DNA from: a virus
Strand: one strand, 5' to 3'
IMG/VR virus record: IMGVR_UViG_3300046002_006949
Coordinates: 4,045 to 68,044 of that record
DNA: 64,000 nt
Shown here: piece by piece, positions 30,154-40,178 of the stretch
How positions within the stretch are numbered: the stretch's first letter is position 1
Layout of the letters: every line of letters begins with the position of its first letter
Made by a program: the position numbers and the translations under genes
Notes under the pieces: model-generated
Databases searched by the model: none
What the model was told of the DNA's origin: nothing
Seen by the model: the letters and a program-made list of their open reading frames with translations, nothing else

Positions 30154-30625
30154 ATACGTTTCGCAGTTCTCGATATATTTTCCATCGACGGTTATCGAGA
30201 TTGGCAGTCGCGACCTGAATGGCTCGGTTCGCCCGTTGTTTCCGGGAGCCACATGGATTGGCCTCGATCTGTATCTGGGGCCATCTGTCGACATCGTGAC
30301 GAACGCTCTGGATTACACGCCTGCGGAACTTGTCGACATGGTGATTTGCTGCGAGGTCTTTGAGCACACATCAAACTGGGGTGAGATCCTGACGCACGCA
30401 GCAACGTGGCTGAAGCCAGGCGGGCGAATCGTCATCACCTGCGCTGGCCCCGGTCGAGATCCGCACTCAGCAATTGACGGTGGGCAACTACATCCCGATG
30501 AGCATTACGCAAATATCAGTCAGGATCAAATGGCCGAGGAGCTGCACTACGCAGGCTTCTCACGGATCGACGTGAGTGGCAACGAGCACTGGCGAGACAC
30601 CTACGCGATTGCACTGAAAGCATAG
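30134..30625 (+). CDS. Class I SAM-dependent methyltransferase
   Basis: VIEIGSRDLNG, IGLDL..G..VD, CCEVFEH, LKPGG; GGAGG RBS. Confidence 0.85.
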   Translation: MHATAYEYVSQFSIYFPSTVIEIGSRDLNGSVRPLFPGATWIGLDLYLGPSVDIVTNALDYTPAELVDMVICCEVFEHTSNWGEILTHAATWLKPGGRIVITCAGPGRDPHSAIDGGQLHPDEHYANISQDQMAEELHYAGFSRIDVSGNEHWRDTYAIALKA

Positions 30626-30667
30626 TTACGGCCGGGCGGCCCCCAATAAGACGGGGCAAGCCCAACG

Positions 30668-30718
30668 ACGGAGCCTGGGAAGGGCCTGCCTCGATCGGGG
30701 CAGGTCCGCTCCGTTTTC
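30668..30718 (+). terminator. Compound hairpin / terminator
   Basis: acggagc...gctccgt outer stem with inner gggcctgcc/ggcaggtcc, followed by Ts. Confidence 0.5.
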
Positions 30719-30783
30719 TACTAGACATGGTTTGTCAAGCACGATACACTGTCGATTCAACATTTTCCCACCGGAGAGAAGTC

Positions 30784-32754
30784 ATGGCAGATCGTCCTCA
30801 ATTTCGCACTCGTCGCCCGCTCACCCGGCCCACGGGCCCGATCGATGGGAGGTATTTGACACACATTCGGCCAACGGCGAACCCGATGTCGCCGGGGAGA
30901 AACGGCCTGAGTTCCATACAAGGGGTTAACAACATTCTGGACAGTCAGATGAATTCCTCCCTCAACCGAAGGATAGACGCTACTGCCGCTCAGACAGCAG
31001 CCCGGGGGAGTTCTGGCTTTGTTACCCAGATGCCCTCAGGCCGCGTCCCGATGGGTCAAGGTACGGTGAGTCAAGGTACGGTGAGTCCATATGAGCGGTA
31101 CGGGGAATCTCTGCCACCTGCAGGATTTTCAATGGGGACCGTATCGCCTGATGCGCAGGTGGAATTCCTGCGACGGGTAGGGGGGTCGGTTAACAACATT
31201 CTGGACAGTCAGATGGATTCCTCCCTCAACCGAAGGATAAACGCTACTGCCGCTCAGACAGCAGCCCGGGGGGGTTCTGGCTTTGTTACCCAGATGCCCT
31301 CAGGCCGCGTCCCGATGTCCCCCTTGGCCAGCAACGCCCAGCCACAGGGCAACCCCTTCATGGACGAGCAGGAAGCCGCAGTGGCGGACCAGGGGCTGAT
31401 AGACCGACTGGAGGCTCAAGTCCGTCAGATGCAGGCAGCCAATCCGAAAGTACCTGGGTCTCCCGGAATAAGCCCATACGCAGCTCAGGACGAAGCGATG
31501 CGACAACAGGAGGTTCAGGGCCGTCGCACAGGTCAGTTTCTGGATGACAACCCAATGGCGGGTTCCTCAACGGACGCAAACCGTATAGCCCGTAGCATCC
31601 CGACAGACATCTACAACCGGCAGACTGCCGGGGCATCAAACGGGTACGAGGGCAACATCGCGTACGCCAACGACCCGGATCGGTACAACCCGATGGACCC
31701 CAGAACGCAGGCTATCCAGCAGAGAAACGCAGCCAGCCAGACAGCGGGTCGGCCGGTTGGAGGTGATGATCGATTCACAGGGAACAATCCCCTCGCACAA
31801 CGTGCTGCCCAGCAAGGTCTGGATGAGCAGCGGGAGGCCCGTGGCGAAGGTGTATTCATCCAGCCCGGTGGACGTGGTCAGCCGTTGCAGTTCATCCCTA
31901 ACCGCCGATCCCCTGAGGAAGCGTACCAGAATGCCATGGCCCAAGAGCGTCCTGAAGCAAAGTTGGCAAAGTACAACGAACGAGAGGCCCGCATCCGGGA
32001 GCTTCAGGCTAACCGCAGGTCGAGTATGCCCCCGGGTGAGTATGATAAACTCCGGGCCAAACAGGTCGACTTTGCGGCAAAGAAAGCCGCGGAGCACGAA
32101 GCGTTCAAGGCCGCCAACGGTGGTAAGAACTACGCCCAGGCTCGTCGTGAGAATACCCGAGCGAAACACCAAGACGGTAGGTTCAAGCGGGACGTTAGAC
32201 GTGGGATGAACCCAATGTCCCCGGGAGCTTTTGCGGCTCATCCGGAAGCAGGCGCACGGTTCAGGAATGCCTATGCACAAGCTGGTAAGGGTGCCGATAA
32301 AGTACAGAACCCAATGACGGTCCCCTTCCAGCCGGGGGCACCAGACACACCCGAGAACCGTCAGGCGAGGGGTGACGCCCGTAAGCAATTCAGCGAGACA
32401 AGTCCGACGTTGGCGGCTCATGGACTGACGGCGGACTCATCCCCCGCGGATGTTGCAGACTCCTTTGCTTTCGCCCCTGGGGACATATCAGACGCGGGGC
32501 TCCAAGAGTACCACGGGTTTATCAAATCACTTGAACCCGGAATTAACGGAGCTTCACCTTTCGCGGACATGCAAGCAACCTCACCAGAGACGTTTGCGAT
32601 GTTGGAGGAGGCCCGGAACTTTCCTGCGGATACGAAACCCGAAGTACTTCGTGCTTGGCACAATAAGTACAAGGAGGCAGCGGCCCGGCAGCGAGCAAAG
32701 GCTCAAGGCGAGTACAAGGTTCAACCATCCGGGATGGAAGGGGTGGGTCCTTAA
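30784..32754 (+). CDS. Putative internal virion/ejection protein
   Basis: Low-complexity A/Q/G/R-rich protein with an internal duplication, upstream of the 1560-aa protein. Confidence 0.65.
   Translation: MADRPQFRTRRPLTRPTGPIDGRYLTHIRPTANPMSPGRNGLSSIQGVNNILDSQMNSSLNRRIDATAAQTAARGSSGFVTQMPSGRVPMGQGTVSQGTVSPYERYGESLPPAGFSMGTVSPDAQVEFLRRVGGSVNNILDSQMDSSLNRRINATAAQTAARGGSGFVTQMPSGRVPMSPLASNAQPQGNPFMDEQEAAVADQGLIDRLEAQVRQMQAANPKVPGSPGISPYAAQDEAMRQQEVQGRRTGQFLDDNPMAGSSTDANRIARSIPTDIYNRQTAGASNGYEGNIAYANDPDRYNPMDPRTQAIQQRNAASQTAGRPVGGDDRFTGNNPLAQRAAQQGLDEQREARGEGVFIQPGGRGQPLQFIPNRRSPEEAYQNAMAQERPEAKLAKYNEREARIRELQANRRSSMPPGEYDKLRAKQVDFAAKKAAEHEAFKAANGGKNYAQARRENTRAKHQDGRFKRDVRRGMNPMSPGAFAAHPEAGARFRNAYAQAGKGADKVQNPMTVPFQPGAPDTPENRQARGDARKQFSETSPTLAAHGLTADSSPADVADSFAFAPGDISDAGLQEYHGFIKSLEPGINGASPFADMQATSPETFAMLEEARNFPADTKPEVLRAWHNKYKEAAARQRAKAQGEYKVQPSGMEGVGP
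30924..31317 (+). repeat. 130-bp in-frame direct repeat (30924-31053 and 31188-31317)
   Basis: Copies differ at three A/G positions; 264-nt offset. Confidence 0.9.
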
Positions 32755-32757
32755 TCA

Positions 32758-35700
32758 ATGCCATCTCTTTCTCAGCTTCTTAACGCTATGCCTCAACCCG
32801 GCACCCAGCAGGCCCCCTCCGAATCGGGCGGTAGCCTGCTGGACACGCTCGGTGCTGTCGGAGGTGCGTCTCTCGGGGCTGTCGCGTCCGCAGGTAACTT
32901 CCTCGACCTGCCGACCTCGTCGATCCGAGACGTACTTGCCGGCGAGAATCCATTCGACCAGTGGATGACTCCTCTGACAGACCAGAACCGAACCAGCGGT
33001 CGCGGACTGCTGGAGAAGTACGGTATGCGGGCCAACAAGGAGACCGGTATCGGCGGCTGGTTCTCTGACCCGGGTGAAGGTCTACGCGACATCGCTGGGT
33101 TCGGGGTCGAGGTACTACTCGACCCCTTCGGGCCGCTGACCAAAGGTACGAAGATGGCGGCTGGGGCTGCCAGTCTGGTTGACCGGGCTCACCCTCTCGT
33201 CAAGGCTCTGGCCAAAGGGGGACTGTACGCCTTCGACAAACTACCAGAGAAGGCAGTTGGGTCGATCAAAGATACTCTCATGGCCGGCGGCCGAGGTGTC
33301 AAAGCACTGTTCAACGTGGCGAGTGAAGGTATCACCGACCCATACGTCATGCGTGTGAAGGAGACAGCACACAAAGCCGCAGCGATGTTCCGCGAAGAGG
33401 CCAACCTCCGGACCATAGAGGTGATCCAGCTCGCCAACAAATCGGGGTTCAACCTTCAGGTTGATGACGCCCTTGACATGAGCGACTCGAAGAACTGGTT
33501 AGAGGATGGGTCCTCCCTGAAAGTGGCGGCCCGTGAAGACCAGATGTGGAGATACCTCGAAGGAACGTACGACCCGTCGAACGCTAAGTTTGACCAGGGC
33601 GATCTCGTCACCGGCATGGACGGAGCCCCGAAAGAGGTCGAGTACCTGAACCGCACAGCCACCGGTACTCAGGTGAAACTTGTCGACGATGACAAGCTGT
33701 ACGACTACCACGAGCTGCAGGCCCACTGGGTCGCCGCGACCGAAACGATCCCGGACGAACTCATGCCGGCCCTTGACCGGATCAAGACATACCGCGATGG
33801 GCTTCGGGACCGGGCGGAACCGCTTGGCCTGAACATCGGCGAACTGTTTGACCGTCACATCGACTTCGCACATCGACGCAAGGGCAGTGACCTCCGCCGG
33901 GCCGAGTCCATCATTGGTATTGGGGCTCCCGGTTGGACCCGAAAGAACTACGCCAACCTCGCGTCTACGCTGCAGGTCAAGGGCAGTCGTGAGATGAAGT
34001 ACAAATCCTTCGTCGACGGCACTCCCGGCGTTGATAAGTTGTTCGGAGACAAAATATGGGAAACCGTGTTTAACCAGGTCAATGACGAGGCAACTGCCCC
34101 GTTCGTCGTCAACGGTGTACCCCATCGGATTCTGCCTGACATGGTCGGCATGAAGCACCTCGATGAAGTTGCGTCTGCTCTCGACATGACGGCGGAGGAG
34201 ATGCTGCGGGACATGATGATAGGTCGGGCCGTCAATAAGACGAACACCCGGGCCTACACCACAGCACCCGGGGTGTACGACGTCGTACAGAACGCCTCGA
34301 AGATCGGTGAGATGGGCGTTGAGATCGTTGACGGTGTTGCCACGGTCAAACACTCAATGCCGGTTGACGGTAGCCTTGATGACGCACTGCACGACGTGGA
34401 GTGGCATCTCGCCCGCCAGAAGGCTGCGACCCGAATACAGGTTGACGTTAACCCGGCCGATGGTAGTAAGTTGAAGGACTTCGGGTACGTCCCGGACGGC
34501 ATCAACCAGGACGGTACGGAGCGATGGTACAAGGCCCTCCATGATGCCGAAGCATCGGCCAACGACGCACCTCGGTACCTGCCGAAGGCAGAGGCTGTTG
34601 CACGTATCAAGAACATCATGGACTTTTACGCCAACGCTGTGAAGCAGGGCAACGTCCCGGGCGTACAGCCGGGCGTCGGTTGGTGGAAGTCCTTCACTGA
34701 CATCCGACTGAATGCTGACGGTACCGAGCGTGTGATCAACACCAATCCAGCCAAGTCCGGTTTTGTCGAGGTCAACGCGGCCAACATAACCGACCCCGCG
34801 ATCCGTGCCAACTTCACCAGCATGGTAGACTACGATCATGCTGTCAATGCGGTACAGGGTGGCGAGACCATCTGGGTCGGTGTGCAGAAGAAGAAGGGTA
34901 AGGCGGCCGAGCTGTTGATGCTGAGGCCGACCATGCGTCACCAGATCGAGGCCCAGCGGGATAAGTTACTGGCCGGGCTGGACGCTGCACTGAGCAAGAA
35001 CCCGCTGACCCAGAGCGAAGCCATCACCGACACTGTCCACGCAGGTATCACTCGGAACTACGGCGACAAGGTCGACCAGTGGATGCCAGAGTTTGATGAG
35101 GACAGCGGGAAGATCATCGCCTCCAGTGCTGACGGCCCGGTACACAAGGCCGGACTGAAGGAATACCACGGTACATTCTCTGAACTGATGGAACGTGGTG
35201 CCGATGGCCGCCTGACGAAGCCGATGGATGCCCTTCTCCGGATGGACGCCGACAGCCTCAAGGCGTTGATGTTCACCGACTCGCAGATCCGGGAGCTTGG
35301 CGACCTGCGTGAAGCTGTCAACCTCACACAAGACGTATCGATCGGTCTCGTCGACAGGCACCGAGCGTTGGCCGACGAACTCGGTACGCACATTGAGAAG
35401 CGGTACAACAAGATGTACGAGGGATCAGCCCTCGTCAGCAACCTGGACTACCTGAACCGGAACGCCGGGGCTATCTCCCTGCTGGAGTCGACCAAGACCT
35501 TCCTGTCGAAGGCTGTTGTGGACGCACGGTCTAACCCTGAACGGTTCGGTGTCGGCAAGCCCGGCGGCGACCTTGAGGTCAACTACGATCTGAACAACAA
35601 GCGGGGTATGACGTTCGCCGAGTCGATGGACCAGGGTTTCTTCGGTGAGAATATTACTGCCAGCAAATTCATCGAGTCGATGCGGCAGGAACTGATCAGC

Positions 35701-37440
35701 GTCGGTGCGTTCAAGAACGTCGACAATGCAGACGAGATCGCAGCCCAACTGGGAGAGATCAAATCGTTGCGGCTCCTGTCCGGCACATGGACCCAGCTCA
35801 AGACCATGAATGAGATGGCTCACATGACTGACCTGCCTGAGCTGGGGACACCGCTCCGCTGGGCACAGAACCTGATGGCGGTTGAGAAGGCGGGTCTGTT
35901 GAGCGTAACGCCAACGACCGGTATGAGAGACGGTCTGTCCTCGTACTTCAATGCAGTGATAATGGGCGACATGAATCCGCTGGCCGCATTGAAGTACGGC
36001 AAGAAGGCGATGTCGTTCACACGAGGTATGCCTGTTGACCCGGGTAAAGGTATTGCTGACCTCGAAGCGTACCTGTCAAGCCGGGGCCTGGAGTCGAATG
36101 CGAACACCCGGGCTGAAGCATTCCAGAACATGTGGAATGCTCACTACGCATCGGGGTCTACGCACCCCAACGTCGTGACGGCGGACGCTACCCGCATGGC
36201 CGAATCCGATTCGTCGATGGCTGTCATGAAGAACGCTGTTGGTGGCCAGCCGAAAGAATTCCTCGAAGGGATGAAGCGGACGATACAGAAACCGTGGAAG
36301 GCTCTGGACCCACGAGTCGAGGGCACGTCGATGACCGACGAGCTTGGCCGAAAAGTCAAACGGTCGGTCGGGGAGAACACCCTCGTTCAGTCGATGAATG
36401 GTTTCCGCGGTATGATAGATACCGCGGTCAGATCGACGTACGTCCTGGACCGCGTCACTAAGAAGGGTATGACTGTCGCACAGGCTCTGGCCGATGCAGA
36501 CCGGGTCCTGATGAATGCGGACCCGAAGAACTTCACTCGGTTCGAATCCAAGTTCATGAAGTCAGCGTTCCCCTTCTACTCCTTCATGCGACAGAGTCTT
36601 CCTCTGTTCTTGTCAGAGATGATGGTCAACCCCGGCGGCAAGCTCGGCATGACTATCCGAGGATCTCGACTGGCACAAGGTGAAGGTGACGAGTATGTCC
36701 CATACCAGTACCTCGACTCAGCGGCTGTCCCTATTGGGCAGGCAGACGACGGGGCGTTGAAGTACCTGACGTCGCTTGGCATGATGCACGAAGATGCCGT
36801 CAAGTACGCCGGCAACGCTTTGCAGGGTGACGCACGGGGTTTGATGCAGCACGCTCTAAGCTCGGCTAACCCCGCGGCCAAGTGGTTTATTGAGTACAGC
36901 ACGAACACATCGCTGTTTAGCCAGGGTCCGATGGGTGGTCGACGACTGGACGACCTCGACCCAACGATGGGGCGTATCGCTACCAACATCGGTCTGCAGA
37001 GTGAAGACGCCTCGGGCAGAGCACGCCCGGTTGGCAGCTCAATGCTTGAGTCTCTGGCATCGGCAGGACCTCTGTCCCGCATGTTGTCTACGGCCAAGAT
37101 GCTAACCACCAGCAGTGACCGGTTGTCATCCGGGGATAAAGTACTCAGGATGCTGTCCGGGGTCCGCGTCGAGAATGTGACACAGGAGCAGGTGACACGA
37201 GACCTGCGAGACAGACTGAACGCGATCCAGATCCAACTGGGTGCTCGGCCACTCACGACTGTCAGCGGTGCGGGGAAACTCAAAGCATTCGCCGCTGAGC
37301 AGGGCGATACGGAAACCGTTGATAAACTGACCCGGATCGAGGCCGCCCTGTCCGCCCAACGTAAGATCGTGGCCGACCAGAAGAAGAAATCTAAAGAACC
37401 CACCAAAGCTCTGATTGACAGACTAAGGGAACTCCGGTAG
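32758..37440 (+). CDS. Large internal virion/ejection (polyvalent) protein
   Basis: 1560 aa helical; C-terminal region (A..DADRVLMN..FESKFMKSAFPFYSFMRQS, EYVPYQY) resembles LPD38-like ejection protein domains. Confidence 0.75.
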   Translation: MPSLSQLLNAMPQPGTQQAPSESGGSLLDTLGAVGGASLGAVASAGNFLDLPTSSIRDVLAGENPFDQWMTPLTDQNRTSGRGLLEKYGMRANKETGIGGWFSDPGEGLRDIAGFGVEVLLDPFGPLTKGTKMAAGAASLVDRAHPLVKALAKGGLYAFDKLPEKAVGSIKDTLMAGGRGVKALFNVASEGITDPYVMRVKETAHKAAAMFREEANLRTIEVIQLANKSGFNLQVDDALDMSDSKNWLEDGSSLKVAAREDQMWRYLEGTYDPSNAKFDQGDLVTGMDGAPKEVEYLNRTATGTQVKLVDDDKLYDYHELQAHWVAATETIPDELMPALDRIKTYRDGLRDRAEPLGLNIGELFDRHIDFAHRRKGSDLRRAESIIGIGAPGWTRKNYANLASTLQVKGSREMKYKSFVDGTPGVDKLFGDKIWETVFNQVNDEATAPFVVNGVPHRILPDMVGMKHLDEVASALDMTAEEMLRDMMIGRAVNKTNTRAYTTAPGVYDVVQNASKIGEMGVEIVDGVATVKHSMPVDGSLDDALHDVEWHLARQKAATRIQVDVNPADGSKLKDFGYVPDGINQDGTERWYKALHDAEASANDAPRYLPKAEAVARIKNIMDFYANAVKQGNVPGVQPGVGWWKSFTDIRLNADGTERVINTNPAKSGFVEVNAANITDPAIRANFTSMVDYDHAVNAVQGGETIWVGVQKKKGKAAELLMLRPTMRHQIEAQRDKLLAGLDAALSKNPLTQSEAITDTVHAGITRNYGDKVDQWMPEFDEDSGKIIASSADGPVHKAGLKEYHGTFSELMERGADGRLTKPMDALLRMDADSLKALMFTDSQIRELGDLREAVNLTQDVSIGLVDRHRALADELGTHIEKRYNKMYEGSALVSNLDYLNRNAGAISLLESTKTFLSKAVVDARSNPERFGVGKPGGDLEVNYDLNNKRGMTFAESMDQGFFGENITASKFIESMRQELISVGAFKNVDNADEIAAQLGEIKSLRLLSGTWTQLKTMNEMAHMTDLPELGTPLRWAQNLMAVEKAGLLSVTPTTGMRDGLSSYFNAVIMGDMNPLAALKYGKKAMSFTRGMPVDPGKGIADLEAYLSSRGLESNANTRAEAFQNMWNAHYASGSTHPNVVTADATRMAESDSSMAVMKNAVGGQPKEFLEGMKRTIQKPWKALDPRVEGTSMTDELGRKVKRSVGENTLVQSMNGFRGMIDTAVRSTYVLDRVTKKGMTVAQALADADRVLMNADPKNFTRFESKFMKSAFPFYSFMRQSLPLFLSEMMVNPGGKLGMTIRGSRLAQGEGDEYVPYQYLDSAAVPIGQADDGALKYLTSLGMMHEDAVKYAGNALQGDARGLMQHALSSANPAAKWFIEYSTNTSLFSQGPMGGRRLDDLDPTMGRIATNIGLQSEDASGRARPVGSSMLESLASAGPLSRMLSTAKMLTTSSDRLSSGDKVLRMLSGVRVENVTQEQVTRDLRDRLNAIQIQLGARPLTTVSGAGKLKAFAAEQGDTETVDKLTRIEAALSAQRKIVADQKKKSKEPTKALIDRLRELR

Positions 37441-37497
37441 CATTTTCCTACTATTGAGAATTTCACTGCACAGTGAAAACCCGGTATGGAGGAAAAC

Positions 37498-37839
37498 ATG
37501 CTATCACGAGCTGTTGTAGATGACGTTGTTGCAAAGCTGAACGCGGCTGTCGACATCCCGTTTGTCGGAGAAGTGACTGAAGGTGTGTACATTGAGAAGC
37601 TGGTAGCTCTCGTGTCCGACCACCTTCCGCCTTGGGTCGTCCAGTTCATGGCGAGTGCTGTTGACGGTCTGACCGTAGACGAGTTGGCTGTCCACGAAGA
37701 TGTAATCGTGGCTGACCTTGTCAAGCGGATCAACCTGAGCAAGCTCCTGCCGGACTTCGTCGAGGCCAAGCTGATCCGGTACGTGGTTCACACCATCCTT
37801 GAGTACGCACGCGAAGGTTTCGCGGCTCCGGGGGTTTGA
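37498..37839 (+). CDS. Hypothetical protein
   Basis: GGAGG RBS; internal DIPFVGE/LPDFVE duplication. Confidence 0.7.
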   Translation: MLSRAVVDDVVAKLNAAVDIPFVGEVTEGVYIEKLVALVSDHLPPWVVQFMASAVDGLTVDELAVHEDVIVADLVKRINLSKLLPDFVEAKLIRYVVHTILEYAREGFAAPGV

Positions 37840-37840
37840 A

Positions 37841-38137
37841 TTGAACACCGTACAAATCATCGGCGTATGTCTGATCTCCGCCGGAGCCCTGTACTTCGCT
37901 GGCCTGTTCGCGTACGGCAAGTACAAGAACCGGGTCGTGAAGCCCCCAGTGAAGTCAGGCTTTGTTGACTCGGACGCACCGGCCCCTATTGGTATCACTG
38001 CGTACATGGATTTGGTGGAAGCCTCCAGCCCGACAGCCACTCCCGAAACGAGATGGACGTACGCGGCTCTGGGATGCACCGAGGCTGATGTACTAAGGCG
38101 TGAAGTTGATCGATTGGGAGGGGTACCAAAGACATGA
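37841..38137 (+). CDS. Membrane protein with an N-terminal TM helix
   Basis: IIGVCLISAGALYFAGLFAY then basic residues; TTG start. Confidence 0.6.
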   Translation: MNTVQIIGVCLISAGALYFAGLFAYGKYKNRVVKPPVKSGFVDSDAPAPIGITAYMDLVEASSPTATPETRWTYAALGCTEADVLRREVDRLGGVPKT

Positions 38138-38439
38138 AGTACCTACCCGCAGTACTGATGCTGATTGGCGGCTGCTTGCTGCTTGTGCCCACGGGTGACA
38201 CGGACGTTGCCTTTTCAGACACGCTGTCCGTCGCCTACAAGGCTGACCGGGCGGCCAAGGTTGAGAACCTCCAGCGGTTGGCCCAGATGACGGGCTCGAC
38301 CGCAGAGGCCCGGGCTAAGGCATGGTCCGAGCTTGACATGGCAGCGTACGGTAAAGCCTTCGACAAGGTTGGCGACGACGTCTCGGTGGCGATTGAGAAG
38401 AACACTGAGGCAGACTTGGCCAAAGCCTGGAGTAAGTGA
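38134..38439 (+). CDS. Secreted or lipoprotein-like helical protein
   Basis: MKYLPAVLMLIGGC signal; ATGA overlap. Confidence 0.65.
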   Translation: MKYLPAVLMLIGGCLLLVPTGDTDVAFSDTLSVAYKADRAAKVENLQRLAQMTGSTAEARAKAWSELDMAAYGKAFDKVGDDVSVAIEKNTEADLAKAWSK

Positions 38440-39281
38440 TGACATCGCGAGTACTGAACGGTTGGCGAATCGACAAGGAAGACTTCGACTTTCTGCGTGG
38501 TCTGGAAGGTGAAGATCTCGTCATGCAGTTGTGCGGATCGTACGAGGAGGTTTCCCTCGATCCACGAACGTTGCTGCGTGTCGAGAACCAGGGTCCCGTT
38601 GGTAGTTGCCAAGGACATTCAATCTCATCCGGGTGTGAGTGGCTTTACATTCTGGCCACGAGTGACCCGTCTCTGCAGCTCAGCCGGGCGTATGGTTACT
38701 ACCGTAGCCAGAAGATCGATGGGTTACTTGGTCGAGACGCCGGGTCCACCATCCAGGCAGGCGTGAAGGTCGCGATGGAGTTTGGTATTCCCGAAGAATC
38801 GGAGTGGCAGTACTCCAACCGGTACTCACAGAATCCACCAAAGCCCTGGGATGTGATGGATACGCTGGGTGCGAAGTATAAGGTCGCCAAGGCAATCCGT
38901 CTGACAACTTACGAATCTATCCGCACCTTTCTCGGTGCCGGTGTCGGTATGGTCCACATCGGTATTCCCTGGAACTCATCCGTCGACAAGGCAGTTGTCA
39001 CCAGCTTCAACCCGAACGGTGGGGGCGGGCACTCGATCGGGCTCTACGCTCTGTCGGATCGCAAGGACAGCCAAGGTCGGCCATTCGTCTGGATGATGAA
39101 CTCCTGGGATAAGACCTGGGGCAACGCTGGTTGGGCCGAGTGGGCACCGGACGCCATCACATCCATGCTGAAAGCATCGTTCTCAGTATTCATTGGTATC
39201 TCTGAAATGCCCGCGGTTAAACCTCGGGAATGGAAACTCGACGACATCAAGAAACAAGTGAAATGGTGGGTGTCCCCGTGA
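38436..39281 (+). CDS. Papain-like (C1 family) cysteine peptidase
   Basis: NQGPVGSCQGHS (Gln/Cys), GGGHSI (His), MMNSWDKTWG (Asn). Confidence 0.9.
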   Translation: MMTSRVLNGWRIDKEDFDFLRGLEGEDLVMQLCGSYEEVSLDPRTLLRVENQGPVGSCQGHSISSGCEWLYILATSDPSLQLSRAYGYYRSQKIDGLLGRDAGSTIQAGVKVAMEFGIPEESEWQYSNRYSQNPPKPWDVMDTLGAKYKVAKAIRLTTYESIRTFLGAGVGMVHIGIPWNSSVDKAVVTSFNPNGGGGHSIGLYALSDRKDSQGRPFVWMMNSWDKTWGNAGWAEWAPDAITSMLKASFSVFIGISEMPAVKPREWKLDDIKKQVKWWVSP

Positions 39282-39823
39282 GAACAACAATCGTATTACT
39301 GACCGCTACGGCAATCCTTGGGTGCCAGACACCTACGCCTCCATCCCCGAAGGTTGACGTTGCTCCGGCATACGTTGACCTTGTCACGTCGAAGGTTGAC
39401 CTGACCAACGACCTCGTGCAGGAGGTCGCCAAGGCCCTCACCGTCAACACCGAAGTTCTCAGCGAGATCCGTGATCTCGTAAAGAACCCTCCCACATCCG
39501 GGGCTGCAGCTCAGGCTGAACCGCCCTCCACTCAGTCGCCGGTGCTCGCCCCGGATGTGCCTACGCTTTATGTGACAAGTGCCGACTGGTGCCAACCGTG
39601 TAGACAGTTGAAACGCGATGTTGAGAAAGGTAAGTTCGCCCCATTCAAGATCGTCTTTAGGGACGACCCATCGTGGACCGGGACCATCCCTGTTATCAGA
39701 TGGCAGGAGCCAGCCGGTAGGTGGATGTTCCTCGGCAAGATCGACAGTAACGGTGACTACAAAGCCTACGGATACGACGACACGGTTGTTGGCCAGTTGA
39801 AACAGTTACACGGTGTGCAATGA
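39278..39823 (+). CDS. Lipoprotein with thioredoxin-like CxxC domain
   Basis: Lipobox-like ILGC, Pro-rich linker, ADWCQPC..LK, cis-Pro-like TIPV. Confidence 0.75.
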   Translation: MRTTIVLLTATAILGCQTPTPPSPKVDVAPAYVDLVTSKVDLTNDLVQEVAKALTVNTEVLSEIRDLVKNPPTSGAAAQAEPPSTQSPVLAPDVPTLYVTSADWCQPCRQLKRDVEKGKFAPFKIVFRDDPSWTGTIPVIRWQEPAGRWMFLGKIDSNGDYKAYGYDDTVVGQLKQLHGVQ

Positions 39824-40119
39824 ACATCGAAGATCGACAAGAACTTTACCAGCTATGCGGGTGCCGGGCCGGGTCGGCCTGTGGATTCGAGTTTGGTGAC
39901 TACGACCAAGTGTACGGCCTACAGGCGAAAGTCGATAAGGTTGTCAGGCAGTACGAGAAGCACCGGCCAAATGTGAAGTCTCAGTCAGACATGCTCCGCC
40001 AGATCAAAGCGGAATGGACGGCTGGACTTGGCCCGATCGCTTCAGCTTTAATGTGGATGGCTATCCGGGCTCTGGTCCGCAAGATCGTCATCTGGCTTTG
40101 GAATAAGTACAATCGTTGA
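39820..40119 (+). CDS. Protein with a C-terminal hydrophobic helix
   Basis: GPIASALMWMAIRALVRKIVIWLW. Confidence 0.65.
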   Translation: MNIEDRQELYQLCGCRAGSACGFEFGDYDQVYGLQAKVDKVVRQYEKHRPNVKSQSDMLRQIKAEWTAGLGPIASALMWMAIRALVRKIVIWLWNKYNR

Positions 40120-40178
40120 TTCAACCCCCGGACGAGTAGCGTTCCGCCTTTGGTTCTCCTGTGAAGGAATGGTTATTT

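Noticed and set aside
30924-31317. 130-bp repeat as a DGR TR/VR pair
   Set aside because: Differences go in both directions (A to G twice, G to A once), both copies are in-frame coding, and there is no RT
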